From: an uncultured Gemmatimonadaceae bacterium
GTDB lineage: Bacteria; Gemmatimonadota; Gemmatimonadetes; Gemmatimonadales; Gemmatimonadaceae
Reading direction: 5' to 3'
Assembly (NCBI GenBank): GCA_963817955.1
Contig: CAWFQK010000004.1
Span: forward strand, 1,344,001 to 1,408,000
Length of the DNA stretch: 64,000 nucleotides
The translations under genes were made by a program, and so were the position numbers. Below, in pieces: positions 20,421 to 30,797 of this stretch (its first letter is position 1; the number at the start of each line of letters is the position of its first letter). Below the pieces are notes generated by a model, which searched no databases, was not told the DNA's origin, and worked only from the letters and a program-made list of their open reading frames with translations.

Positions 20421-22181
20421 TCAAGCGATTGCGATCTTCTTCCATGAGAGCACGGTGCCGCTCCGGTCGTGTGGCCTCTCGATCGCACAGGCGCTCGCGC
20501 CGAGCACCCGCTCCACTTCCTCGAGCGACGTATCGCCCATCCGGACGCGATCGAGCGCCGAATCGCGCAGCGTGTGCATTCCCTGCCGATCGGCCTCACG
20601 CCGGAGATCAGCCGCGAGACCGCCATGTCCGATGATGTCGGAGAGCTCGGGCGACACGTCGAGAATCTCCATGATCGCGATCCGACCCAAGTATCCGTCG
20701 CGGCACTGATCGCACCCCGGCGCGGTGCGCCCCGGCAAGACGTCGTAGGCATCGGCAAGGGCCCGCTCGGCCTCCGGTAGATCGTCGAGACACGTCACCG
20801 GCCTCGCGCAGTGCGAACATAACCGCCGCACGAGCCGCTGAGCCACAACGCCCCGAAGGGTTGCGGCGATGCTCGCGCAATCGAGGCCGATGTCCATCAG
20901 GCGATGCGTAGTGCCGATAGCATCGTTCGTGTGCAGGGTAGTGAGAACGAGGTGTCCGGTCATGCTTGCTCGTACCGCCGTTTCCGCCGTCTCCAGGTCC
21001 CGCATCTCACCGACCAGGATGACGTCTGGATCTTGACGCAGGAGCGCGCGCAGCGCGCCGGCGAACGTGCGGCCCTGCTTCTCGTCCACCTGGATCTGCG
21101 TGATGCCGTTCAAGAGTTGCTCGACCGGCTCCTCGACGGTAGAGACGTTGAGCGCACCGATGGCGAGGTCCTGGAGCGCGGAATACAGGGTGGTGGTCTT
21201 GCCCGACCCAGTCGGTCCGGTGATGATGACGATGCCGGTCCTGTGTTTGAGCAGTGCGCGGAGGCCACTGATCTCGCGCGGCAGTAGGTCCAGTGCATCG
21301 AGCGAGAAGGAGTGCTGCGAGCGAGAAATGCGCATCACGCACTTCTCGCCGATCGTTGTGGGAACCGTCGACACGCGCAGATCGAAGGTCTCGGTGCCGA
21401 GCGTTATGCGAATGCGGCCGTCCTGCGGTCGCATGTGGTCGGCGATGTCCATGTTCCCGAGCACCTTGATACGCGATACGAGCCGCACGAGCGCCGCGAG
21501 CGGGAGGCGCATGAACCTCTCCAGCACGCCGTCCACGCGGAAGCGCACACGCCCACCATCCTGATCGGACTCGATGTGGATGTCGCTGGCGCGCGCCTTT
21601 ATCGCTTCGGCGATGACGAGGTTCGTGAGCTTGATGACGGGACCTTCCTCTGCCGCCTTCTTGACGTCGGGAACAAGCTCCGACCACTCGACGACCCGCA
21701 CCTCGGGTTCAGGCGCGTCGGGCATGCTCCTCAACAGCTGATCGACGACGTCGGTATTTCCGTAGGCGAGAGCAATCGCTTCCTCGATACGACCAGGCGA
21801 TGCCACTTCCAACATCACGCGCCGCCCGCAACTGAACGCGATCGCTTGCTCCGCCCCGAGGTCGACCGGATCGGAAGATGCGACGACGAGTGTTCCCTTG
21901 GTGGCCCGGAGTGGAAACACGTGGTATTTCCGCGCGACCTTTTCCGGAAGCACCTTGATCGCCGATGGCTCTCGATCGGCGAAGTTGGCTACTGGTAGCT
22001 TGAACTGCGCGGCGAGGCGTTTGGTGACTTCCTCCTCGCAGCTGCCGGACCTCGCCATCGCGTGCCACCCCGCCATGACGGGCGCCTCGGCGCCGGCGGC
22101 CAACGGTCTATCGGTGCCGCACGCAGCGTTCATCCCGTGCGTACCAACGGAGGCGGCAGTTCCAATCGCGGGCGACGCCAT
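20421..22181 (-). CDS. GspE/PulE/PilB family secretion ATPase
   Basis: ASDIHIE, PQDGR, GPTGSGKTTT, LRQDPDVILVGEMRD, TGHLVLTTLHTND, two CxxC; start uncertain. Confidence 0.92.
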   Translation of the reverse strand: MASPAIGTAASVGTHGMNAACGTDRPLAAGAEAPVMAGWHAMARSGSCEEEVTKRLAAQFKLPVANFADREPSAIKVLPEKVARKYHVFPLRATKGTLVVASSDPVDLGAEQAIAFSCGRRVMLEVASPGRIEEAIALAYGNTDVVDQLLRSMPDAPEPEVRVVEWSELVPDVKKAAEEGPVIKLTNLVIAEAIKARASDIHIESDQDGGRVRFRVDGVLERFMRLPLAALVRLVSRIKVLGNMDIADHMRPQDGRIRITLGTETFDLRVSTVPTTIGEKCVMRISRSQHSFSLDALDLLPREISGLRALLKHRTGIVIITGPTGSGKTTTLYSALQDLAIGALNVSTVEEPVEQLLNGITQIQVDEKQGRTFAGALRALLRQDPDVILVGEMRDLETAETAVRASMTGHLVLTTLHTNDAIGTTHRLMDIGLDCASIAATLRGVVAQRLVRRLCSHCARPVTCLDDLPEAERALADAYDVLPGRTAPGCDQCRDGYLGRIAIMEILDVSPELSDIIGHGGLAADLRREADRQGMHTLRDSALDRVRMGDTSLEEVERVLGASACAIERPHDRSGTVLSWKKIAIA

Positions 22182-22515
22182 GAAAGGTTATTAGTAAAGA
22201 TATGGTAGCGAACGGTCGCTCGCATTTTCCGAGCGACGTGTGCTGATGAGAGTTCGATCCCGTGGAAAGCACTTGTCATGCGAGGCGCTGACTGCTTGCA
22301 ACACAGGAGTCAAAGCCCGGCTGAGCAACGGGTTAGAGCAGCCGGGTGCAGGACAACTGGGAATGCAGTGCGGCGGGTGTGCCACGATGGGTGCGGCACG
22401 ATGGGCACAGTAAGCACTTGATTCCCACAGCTCCGAGGGGGCCTTCGAGGGCCGGACGGCCTTCTTTAATCCTGCTTTGTCAGTGATACCTGCGGACGAC
22501 TGCCGCGCAGTCGGC

Positions 22516-22774
22516 GGATGATCGAGCGGGGGCTGGCGGGGGCTGGCGCAAGCGATCGGGACGACGGGTGACTGTGATCAGTCATCAGTGCGTGGGTCGT
22601 CAGTCCTCAGTGACTGAGGACCCCGACAGCCCTCGATCGGGCGAAGAGATCCGCGACCATCCACCACCAAAAAAGAACGCGCGGCCACGGAGGCTGGCCC
22701 GAGCGAGAACCCGTCGCGTAGCCGCGCGACTGATGACTGAGCACCGCTGACTGATGACTGATCACAGTCACCCG
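22516..22774. repeat. Dispersed intergenic repeat with a 25-bp inverted repeat
   Basis: IR CGGGTGACTGTGATCAGTCATCAGT at 22565-22589 and 22750-22774; 22516-22664 recurs at 47023-47170. Confidence 0.75.
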
Positions 22775-22873
22775 CCGTCCAGATCGCTTGACCTCGCGTG
22801 GCGCCGCCGGACCCAGCCGAAGAGGTTCGCGTCGTTACCGCCGGGATCTTCCTGGGCGTGATGACGGGGCGCT

Positions 22874-23308
22874 TTGACTGAGCGGCCGCGCGCCCAGCAG
22901 CAGCGTCCGCTGCACGACGCACCCGTCGCGCGCAGCGCCATCGCAACCAGTCTTCGGCCCGTTGCCAACGGGCTCTTCGCCTTCGGCCTGAGCGAGTGGT
23001 CGCTGCTGGCGCTCCTCGTCGCGACGTGGATCAGTCCGGAGTTCGTCGAGCGCCTTCGCCCCGCCTTCGTCGCCGGCCTGCCGATGCTGTTCGTGACGGA
23101 GTTCGTGTTCAGTCATGCAGCCGCCGCCATGGGCGTGTCGGCGATGTTCAAGGGAATCGGTCGGTCGCTTTTTGTGGTGTTCCTGCTGCTCATATACGGC
23201 CTGTGGTTCTTCCTGCTGGTGAAATGGGGGTTCGGCATACAAGCCGCCTTTTTCCTGGCGTTCGATACGCTGCCCGGACCAGCCAGTAAAGTCGCCCTGG
23301 TGCGCTAG
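22874..23308 (+). CDS. Hypothetical membrane protein (possibly a fragment)
   Basis: 3-4 hydrophobic segments; start uncertain. Confidence 0.4.
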   Translation: MTERPRAQQQRPLHDAPVARSAIATSLRPVANGLFAFGLSEWSLLALLVATWISPEFVERLRPAFVAGLPMLFVTEFVFSHAAAAMGVSAMFKGIGRSLFVVFLLLIYGLWFFLLVKWGFGIQAAFFLAFDTLPGPASKVALVR

Positions 23309-23333
23309 CCGGCGAGCCGTGGCGCCGCCGCAT

Positions 23334-24323
23334 TCAACTGATTCGCAGCACTACCTTCCCGAACGTTGCGTTGGTGGCCAGTCGCTCATGCGCGGCGCGA
23401 ATCTCCTCCAGCTCGAAGACGCAATCGACCGTCGGCGCCACAACACCGCGCTCGATCAGTGGCACAACGTCGCGGGCGAAGGCCGCCGTCGCCGCCCGCC
23501 GTTCGCCAATGGGTCTGGCGCGCAGCACCGTGCCTTTGAGTGTGAGTCGCTTGCCGAGGACCACACCGATCGGGATGGTCGAAGTGGCGCCGGCGACGGT
23601 GCCCACCAGCATGATTCGCCCGTGCGCCGCGGACGCGCGAATGCTCGCCCCAACGTACGGTCCGCCGACGAGGTCGAGCGTCACGTCAATGCCCTTCCCT
23701 GCCGTCCACTGCTCCACGGCAGCAAGGATCACGTCCGTGTCATCACGTACGACGATGCCGTCGGCGAGACCAGCGGCGCGTGCGCGTTCGATCTTCTCAG
23801 GAGTGCGCGCTGTGCCGAACGGTGTCGCCGCATAGGCGCGCACGAGCTGCGTGGCCGCGAGCCCCACGCCGCTGCCGACCGCGTGAATGAGCACGTGTTC
23901 GCCGGCGCGGAGTCCAGCCTGTGTCACCATGGCGTCGTGCGCAGTGATGAACGCTTCGGGAATCGCCGCGGCATCGGTCCACGTCAGGTTCTCCGGCACC
24001 CGCACGATCGCATCGGCATCCGCCACGAGATACTCGGCATTGCCACCGCCGGCGACGATGCCGAAAACGGAGTCGCCCTCGCGCCACCTCTGCACATCCG
24101 ACCCGATCTCGGCCACTTCACCGGCGAACTCGAGGCCGGGAATGTCGGCCGGCGCACCGGGGGGCGCAGGATAACGCCCTTCGCGCTGCAACAAGTCGGC
24201 GCGATTGAGCGCCGATGCGTGGACGCGCACCAGTACCTCGCCCGGCCCGGCCTTGGGCGTGGGGCGCTCTCGCACCTCGAGGACGTTCGGGCCGCCGGGC
24301 CGAGTGATTACGGCAGCGCGCAC
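23334..24323 (-). CDS. NAD(P)H-quinone oxidoreductase (PIG3/zeta-crystallin MDR family)
   Basis: LNRADLLQREGRYP, PGLEFAG, IPEAFITA, HAVGSGVG, GKVVL motifs. Confidence 0.9.
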   Translation of the reverse strand: MRAAVITRPGGPNVLEVRERPTPKAGPGEVLVRVHASALNRADLLQREGRYPAPPGAPADIPGLEFAGEVAEIGSDVQRWREGDSVFGIVAGGGNAEYLVADADAIVRVPENLTWTDAAAIPEAFITAHDAMVTQAGLRAGEHVLIHAVGSGVGLAATQLVRAYAATPFGTARTPEKIERARAAGLADGIVVRDDTDVILAAVEQWTAGKGIDVTLDLVGGPYVGASIRASAAHGRIMLVGTVAGATSTIPIGVVLGKRLTLKGTVLRARPIGERRAATAAFARDVVPLIERGVVAPTVDCVFELEEIRAAHERLATNATFGKVVLRIS

Positions 24324-24324
24324 G

Positions 24325-27300
24325 TCACGGCACGATTGCCGGCGCCGGCATCGTCACTCCCGGTACATTGAGCTCGCGCATGAGCGCGTTGAACGCAGCG
24401 AGATCGCGGGACTCGAACGCGTGCAGCCGCGCGATCTGCTGGTCCACCTTGGGCGCGATATCGCGATAGATGGCGCCCTCCTGCGCCGTCGGCGCGGCAT
24501 CAGCCGACTGCACCATGCCAGCGAGCGACAGCAGCATGTTGTAGTACCGCACCGGATAATGCAGCGTGATCTGATCGGCGTGCGAGTGGCTCTCGACGAG
24601 TGAATCGCGGATCGCGACGAGCTTGTCGCGCATGGGCTTCGCCGCATCCGACAGGCGCTTGGCGTACGACTGGCCCTTCGCCGCGCCGGTGCGCTCGCCG
24701 AGTGCATTCTCGATTGTCACAATCCGCTCGACCGCGTCTGACAATTCGTTGGTCTTTGCTTGCACCTCGAGTGCCAGCGCAAGCTGCGCATCGTACTCTG
24801 CCTGTGTCGTGTTGAGTCGCGGATCACCGCGCACGATGAACGGCTGCGTGTACGTCTTGCCGCCGGCAGTGAGGCGAACGGTGTACGCTCCCGGGGCAAT
24901 GACCGGGCCGCGCGTAGACCCTTCGTCATTCACGACATCCTTCACCTCGCGCGTATCCGGATAATGCAGATCCCAGACGAAACGGTTGAGTCCAGCGCGC
25001 ACGGTGACCGTGGAATCGCTCGGGGCAAAGGCGAGCGTGTCATCCTCCACGCTGCGCATACCGCGTGACTTCTCGGCCGCGGCAGAGGTGATCGAATCGG
25101 GTGCCGGCGCACTGGAGAAACTCCGAAGCACTTTGCCGGCTGCGTCGATGTATTCAATACGTGCACTGTCGTGCGGCGCGAGCGCGCGCTTCAGCCAGTA
25201 GTCCACGATCACGCCATCGGGCGGATTCTCGCCGGCCGTTTCCGTCCGCGCATGACCGCCGGCGAACCGGACGACGGTGTCGGGGGTGAACAGGTGTACA
25301 CTTTCGCCGCGCACGCCGTCGGTGAGCTGACGGAGCGGGGTGATGTCGTCGAGCAACCACATGGCGCGTCCGTGCGTCGCCGCGATCAGATCGCTGCCGT
25401 GGATATGCAGGTCACGCACGGCAGCGCGCGGCAGATTGAGCTGCAGCGACGTCCAATGCGCGCCGTCATCAGTCGAGTAGTAGATCCCTGTTTCCGTGCC
25501 GGCAAACAACAGCCCCCGACGTGCCGGATCTTCGCGAATGGTGCGTGTGTAGGCGCCGTTCGGAATGCCGGTCGTGATCTTCGTCCAGGTATGGCCGTAG
25601 TCAGTCGTCTTGTAGAGATACGGAGCGAAGTCATCCTGTTGGAATCGGTTCGCAGCCACGTACGCCGTGCCGGCATCGTAATGCGACGGCTCGATGATCG
25701 AGACACGTGTGTACGTGCCAAAATTTGGAGGCGTCACGTTGATCCACGTCTTGCTGCGATCGCGCGACAGGTGAATGAGCCCATCGTCCGAGCCGGCCCA
25801 GAGCACGTCGGCGGTGAGCGGCGACTCGGCGAACGCAAAGATCGACGCGTACCACTCGGTGCCCGTCATGTCGTAGGTGATCGGTCCACCGGCCGGGCCG
25901 AGCGTCTTGGGGTCGTGCAGTGTGAGGTCGGGGCTGATCGCCTCCCAGCTGTCGCCGTCATTCATCGAACGGAAGACTCGATTCGCCGTCGTGTACAGCG
26001 CGCGCGGATCGTGCGTCGAATAGAGAATGGGATACGTCCACTGGAAACGGTTCGGCACGTCGCGCGCCGCCCAGCCGTCGTAGTTGTTCAACCAGACCGA
26101 GATGTCCTTCGCCTGTTTGGTGCGCACGTCGTAGCGCGTCATGGTGCCGGTGTACGTGCCGGCAATGACGATGTTCGGGTTGCCGGGCTTGGGCGCGATG
26201 TATCCCGCTTCGCCGCCTCCAACCGCATACCAGTCCATGGCGGTGATCGTGCCGTCATCGGAGCGGCTGGCCATGGACAGGGTGGTATTGTCCTGTTGCG
26301 CGCCGAAGATGCGGTATGGCCACTGGTCGTCGGTCGTGACGTGATAGAACTGCGCCGTCGGCTGGTTCATGATCGACGACCAGTTCGCGCCGCCGTCGAG
26401 GCTCACCGTGGCACCGCCGTCGTTGCCGCTGATCATGCGACGCGAATCATGCGGATCAATCCACAGGGCGTGCGTGTCGCCGTGTGGTAAGCGGATGCGC
26501 GAGAAGGTATGGCCTCCGTCCGTGGACTTCCACGTCGACAGATTCATGACGAACACGGTGTTCGTGTCCGAGGGATCGGCGGTCACGACACTGTAGTACC
26601 AGGGGCGCACCATCCACTTCTGATCGCCGCTCGTGCGGTGCCAACTGGCACCGCCGTCGTCGGAGCGAAAAATGCCGCCGGTGGAGTCTTCCGGCGGACA
26701 CTCGATCGTCGCGTAGATGCGCTCCGGATTCGCCGGCGACACCGATACACCGATGCGGCCGAGCGGATTCTTCGGAATGCCGGGATTGGCGGTGAGATCA
26801 CGCCACGTGTCGCCCCCATCGGTCGTCTTCCACACGCTGCCGTGGCCGGCGGTGAACCCCCAGGGTGTGCGCTGCATGTGCCACATGGCCGCATACACGA
26901 TGCGCGGATTGCTGGGGTCCATGGCGAGGTCGATGGCGCCGGTGGAATCATCCACGAAGAGCATGCGCTCCCAGGTCCGGCCGCCGTCCTTGGAGCGATA
27001 CACGCCGCGCATGCCGTTTCGGCCGCTGGCATGTCCCATGGCCGCAACGAGCACGCGATCCGGATCGCGCGGGTCGATGACGATACGCGCAATGTGGCGT
27101 GCGTCATCGAGCCCAAGGTGCGTCCAGGTGCGGCCCGCATCCGTCGAGCGGTACATGCCGTCGCCGTACGTCCAGTCTTCGCGCAGATCCGCTTCACCGC
27201 CGCCGGCATAGATGACGTTGGGATCGGACGGGGCAACGGCAATCGCGCCGACCGACGAGATGTTCGATGTGCCATCCGTGATGTTCCGCCAGCTCGTGCC

Positions 27301-27591
27301 GCCGTTCGTCGACTTCCAGACGCCGCCATTCACCGAGCCGAAGTAGAAGACGCTCGGCTTGGTGGGATCGCCGGTCACGGCGACCGCGCGTCCGCCACGG
27401 AACGGCCCCACCAGCCGCCAGCGCATTCCGCGCAGCTCGCGCGGCGCGCTCGCGTACCGCGTCGAATCGAACGCGGCGGCCGGCGTCGGCGCCGGCGCCG
27501 GCGTGCGTTGCTGCGCGAGGCCAAGCGTTGGGGCGAGCAGGAAAGACACCAGCGCGAGCGGGCGGAGCATATGAATGCGGGTGAGGGTCAT
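24325..27591 (-). CDS. VPS10/BNR-repeat glycosyl hydrolase-like secreted protein
   Basis: WRLVGPFRGGR; many S.DGG.TW Asp-boxes; start moved to the signal peptide. Confidence 0.85.
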   Translation of the reverse strand: MTLTRIHMLRPLALVSFLLAPTLGLAQQRTPAPAPTPAAAFDSTRYASAPRELRGMRWRLVGPFRGGRAVAVTGDPTKPSVFYFGSVNGGVWKSTNGGTSWRNITDGTSNISSVGAIAVAPSDPNVIYAGGGEADLREDWTYGDGMYRSTDAGRTWTHLGLDDARHIARIVIDPRDPDRVLVAAMGHASGRNGMRGVYRSKDGGRTWERMLFVDDSTGAIDLAMDPSNPRIVYAAMWHMQRTPWGFTAGHGSVWKTTDGGDTWRDLTANPGIPKNPLGRIGVSVSPANPERIYATIECPPEDSTGGIFRSDDGGASWHRTSGDQKWMVRPWYYSVVTADPSDTNTVFVMNLSTWKSTDGGHTFSRIRLPHGDTHALWIDPHDSRRMISGNDGGATVSLDGGANWSSIMNQPTAQFYHVTTDDQWPYRIFGAQQDNTTLSMASRSDDGTITAMDWYAVGGGEAGYIAPKPGNPNIVIAGTYTGTMTRYDVRTKQAKDISVWLNNYDGWAARDVPNRFQWTYPILYSTHDPRALYTTANRVFRSMNDGDSWEAISPDLTLHDPKTLGPAGGPITYDMTGTEWYASIFAFAESPLTADVLWAGSDDGLIHLSRDRSKTWINVTPPNFGTYTRVSIIEPSHYDAGTAYVAANRFQQDDFAPYLYKTTDYGHTWTKITTGIPNGAYTRTIREDPARRGLLFAGTETGIYYSTDDGAHWTSLQLNLPRAAVRDLHIHGSDLIAATHGRAMWLLDDITPLRQLTDGVRGESVHLFTPDTVVRFAGGHARTETAGENPPDGVIVDYWLKRALAPHDSARIEYIDAAGKVLRSFSSAPAPDSITSAAAEKSRGMRSVEDDTLAFAPSDSTVTVRAGLNRFVWDLHYPDTREVKDVVNDEGSTRGPVIAPGAYTVRLTAGGKTYTQPFIVRGDPRLNTTQAEYDAQLALALEVQAKTNELSDAVERIVTIENALGERTGAAKGQSYAKRLSDAAKPMRDKLVAIRDSLVESHSHADQITLHYPVRYYNMLLSLAGMVQSADAAPTAQEGAIYRDIAPKVDQQIARLHAFESRDLAAFNALMRELNVPGVTMPAPAIVP

Positions 27592-27626
27592 GAGCACCGT
27601 CGTAAACGGCGTCGTCGTAGACGGCG

Positions 27627-29186
27627 TCAAGGTGCAATCAGCGCGGGTTGACTCGCAACGCCAGTGGCGCTGATCGCCGTGACGGCCACTTCGCTCGGGC
27701 CGGATGTGCCGATTGCCCCAGCGAGCAGATGCCCTTCGCCAGTCGGCGTCAACGAGGTGTTCCAGCGACCGTCGCGCCCCAGAGTTTGGACAAGCCACCA
27801 GCGAACGGGAACGGAATCTCCTGGGGTGATGCTCAGGGAGATTGGTTTGTCGCCGCTGACGACGGTCAGGAACGGCGGGGCGGGCACGGTGGCACCGAGC
27901 CACGGAAAGGACGGGACCATCGCGCGCTGCTGGTACATGGCCGACGCGAGACCCGCGCCAAGGCGATCGTTGTCGGCCAGCAGCGCGCTGAGGCGAAAGT
28001 GCACATGCCCTGGCGCGTCCGTGGTGCCGATACGCGAATCGCGAATCGATTCGATCTGCGTACGGATTGCGTCCGCGGGCCACGCATCGCGGCCGCCGTA
28101 GACGTGCGCCGTGTACAGGCCCGGCCACACATAGCGTCCAAGCGGATTCTCCGAGCGCCACCAGGCGTCGAGCACGCGGAATCGGTCCTCCACGCCGCCT
28201 ACCTCCCAGTAGAGCTGCGGCGTGATGTAATCGAGCCAGCCCTGCTCGAGCCAGCGCCGGGAGTCGGCGTAGATCTCGCTGAATGCGTCGAGCCCGGTGA
28301 TGCCGCGCGGCGTGCCGGAACGCCAGATGCCGAAGGGCGAGATGCCGACGAGCATCGCCGGCTTCTCGGCTTTCACACTTTTATAAAGTGATTGAATGAA
28401 CTGGTCGATGTTATCGCGCCGCCAGGCGTCGCGATTCGTAAAGCCCTCGGCCTTGCCGTACTTCTTCCAGGTCTTGTCGTCGGGGAATGGAATATCCTCG
28501 TGGACGCGCACACGCTTCCGGTGTACGCGCCGCGTGACCGTCCGCGACTCGCGATACGGATAGAAGTAGTCGTCGAGGTGGACGCCATCGATGTCATAGC
28601 GTTTCACGACATCGAGAATAGATGCAAGGACAAACTGGCGGGCCGCGGGGTCGCCTGGATCAATCCAGGTCTCCGACCCGTACTTGCGGATCCACTCCGG
28701 ATGACGCTTGGTGACGTGCGACGCCGCGGCCTTGCCGGCAAACACCGGCAGCATGGCGCGGAATGGATTGAACCAGGCGTGCAGTTGGAGCCCGCGCGCG
28801 TGCGCTTCGGTGACTGCGAACTCGAGCGGATCGTACGCCGGCGACGGTGCCACGCCAGACTTTCCGGAGAGATACACCGACCAGGGCGCGTACGTCGTCG
28901 GATACATTGCATCGCCGGCGAGGCGAACGTGCAGGATGATGGTGTTCAATCCAATCGCCGTCGCCTGATCGAAGAGCACGCGCAACTCGGCGCGTTGCGA
29001 GTCGGGCGACAACCCCGGGGCCGATGGCCAGTCCTTGAAGCCGCGGTCCCAGATGGGCGTGACCCACGCGGCGCGAAATTCACGGGGCACCGGTGGCGGC
29101 GGCAACAGAGGCACCCGCGCCGGCGGCTTTGGTGTGCCGTTGGTGCCGAAGGCGATGGCGAGAGCAAAGAGGGGCAAGAAACGCAT
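27627..29186 (-). CDS. GH10-like glycoside hydrolase (YddW/DUF187 family)
   Basis: REFRAAWV, LHAWFNPFRA, YDIDGVHLDDYFYPY, GISPFGIW, DYITPQLYW motifs. Confidence 0.88.
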   Translation of the reverse strand: MRFLPLFALAIAFGTNGTPKPPARVPLLPPPPVPREFRAAWVTPIWDRGFKDWPSAPGLSPDSQRAELRVLFDQATAIGLNTIILHVRLAGDAMYPTTYAPWSVYLSGKSGVAPSPAYDPLEFAVTEAHARGLQLHAWFNPFRAMLPVFAGKAAASHVTKRHPEWIRKYGSETWIDPGDPAARQFVLASILDVVKRYDIDGVHLDDYFYPYRESRTVTRRVHRKRVRVHEDIPFPDDKTWKKYGKAEGFTNRDAWRRDNIDQFIQSLYKSVKAEKPAMLVGISPFGIWRSGTPRGITGLDAFSEIYADSRRWLEQGWLDYITPQLYWEVGGVEDRFRVLDAWWRSENPLGRYVWPGLYTAHVYGGRDAWPADAIRTQIESIRDSRIGTTDAPGHVHFRLSALLADNDRLGAGLASAMYQQRAMVPSFPWLGATVPAPPFLTVVSGDKPISLSITPGDSVPVRWWLVQTLGRDGRWNTSLTPTGEGHLLAGAIGTSGPSEVAVTAISATGVASQPALIAP

Positions 29187-29402
29187 GCGATGATCGATGA
29201 GGCGATGGGCGACGGCTGCGGCGCGCGCGTCTGTATCGAATATACGCCCGCGTAACGGTCGGTGATCCACGTCACGTCGCCCGCCTGCCCGTCACCTCAT
29301 GGCACGAAGACTGCTTTACGAATGGCCGGCGACACCGCGAAAGGGAGAGCCGCGCAAGCGGTTGAAGGTGGGGCGCGGGTCGCCAGGTGGGGGGAGAGGA
29401 TG

Positions 29403-29438
29403 AGCTACGGGCAGCGGCGTGAGCCGCTGCCCGTAGTT
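29403..29438. promoter_or_regulatory. Strong stem-loop upstream of intI
   Basis: AGCTACGGGCAGCGGC-GTGA-GCCGCTGCCCGTAGTT. Confidence 0.5.
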
Positions 29439-29551
29439 TCATGGCAGCCGGCCTCGGCAAGGCAGCCACAGCCGTGGGCCCACGAGTTTCGGTGGTGGCG
29501 TTGGCGGTCGAACGGTCCCAGCGGCCAGACTCTATCGCGGATATTCCCGAC

Positions 29552-30565
29552 ATGTCCCAGCCGCCACTCATTCCGCTTGCGCATCTCACGGCCCTCCCCG
29601 ATCCGGAGCGCCGGTTCCGGTTGATGGAAATCGTGCGGCGGCGGTTGCGCGAACGTCGATACAGTCGCCGGACTGAGGAAGCCTACGTCCATTGGATCCG
29701 TCGATACATCATCTATAACGAGAGGCGCCATCCGCGGGATCTCGGGGAAACGGAGGTTCGACGCTTTCTCTCTTCTCTCGCGACCGAGGAGCGTGTCGCG
29801 GCATCCACGCAGAACCAGGCTCTTTCGGCCGTGACGTTTCTGTACGACCGCGTGCTCGAGCGACCGCTGACGCGCATCGAGGGCATTCAGCCGGCGCGGC
29901 GATCCCGGCATGTGCCCGTCGTGATGAGCGTGGCCGAGGTCCGCGCGATCCTGACGAAGCTCGAGACTCCGGTGCGACTCTGCGCCGCTATCATGTATGG
30001 AAGCGGCCTCCGGCTCATGGAGTGCATGACGCTGCGGGTCAAGGATGTGGACCTCGATCGTCGAGAGATCGTCGTGCGGGATGGGAAAGGTGGCAAGGAT
30101 CGCCGCACGCCGCTGGCGGAACGCTGCGTGGCACCGCTCATCCGGCTATTGGCCGCGGAGCAGGATTGCTTTCGACGCGACACCCGCGCTGGGGTGCGCA
30201 CCACCGACCTGCCGGCTGCGGTCTCGAGAAAGTATCCGAACGCCGAGGCGGAGTATCGGTGGCGGTATCTCTTTGCCGCTTCCCGTACCTTCACCGACGC
30301 CAACGGCGTCCGCCGGCGTCATCACCTGCACGAAAGCGCCGTGCAGCGTGCGTTCAAGAACGCAGTGACTGCGGCGGGGATCACCAAGCGCGCGACCTGT
30401 CATTCGCTTCGTCATTCCTTCGCCACCCACCTGCTCGAATCCGGCGCTGACATCCGGACAGTGCAGGAGTTGCTTGGCCACAGCGATCTGCGCACGACGA
30501 TGATCTACACGCCTGTCCTCAATCGCGGCGGCTTGGGCGTACGCAGTCCGGCGGATGCGCTGTAG
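29552..30565 (+). CDS. intI: Integron integrase
   Basis: [33 protein letters not shown], the IntI-specific insert KYPNA....W.YLF...[32 protein letters not shown]. Confidence 0.96.
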   Translation: MSQPPLIPLAHLTALPDPERRFRLMEIVRRRLRERRYSRRTEEAYVHWIRRYIIYNERRHPRDLGETEVRRFLSSLATEERVAASTQNQALSAVTFLYDRVLERPLTRIEGIQPARRSRHVPVVMSVAEVRAILTKLETPVRLCAAIMYGSGLRLMECMTLRVKDVDLDRREIVVRDGKGGKDRRTPLAERCVAPLIRLLAAEQDCFRRDTRAGVRTTDLPAAVSRKYPNAEAEYRWRYLFAASRTFTDANGVRRRHHLHESAVQRAFKNAVTAAGITKRATCHSLRHSFATHLLESGADIRTVQELLGHSDLRTTMIYTPVLNRGGLGVRSPADAL

Positions 30566-30764
30566 GGGACTGTGCCCATCCTGAGCCTGCTCATGAGTTT
30601 TCTGTCCGTTTCTGCGTGTTACGCCGCGACCGCACGCAGCATAGCGACGGAGGTGCCGTTGGCTATCGAGGGGCAAGCGGTTGGGGCTGCGCAACATCCA
30701 ATGTGCAACCTCATATGTCGCCGTTGCTACGCCGCAAGCGTCGCGGTTGTCTTGTGCGCTTCTG

Positions 30765-30797
30765 CAGCGTATAGTGACCACCTACTTGGTGTTGGGC
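30765..30797 (+). other. Candidate attI site
   Basis: GTTGGGC core at 30791-30797 at the end of the intI-array spacer; assigned by position only. Confidence 0.5.

Noticed and set aside
22200..22500. c-di-GMP riboswitch upstream of the PilB/GspE ATPase
   Set aside because: Hairpins are present but I could not match the GEMM consensus
27592..28161. N-terminal 190 aa of the 1278-aa ORF
   Set aside because: Overlaps the GH10-like gene; the signal peptide begins near 27591
29441..29551. N-terminal extension of IntI from the ORF track
   Set aside because: Overlaps a dispersed 25-bp repeat and is not integrase-like; ATG 29552 preferred
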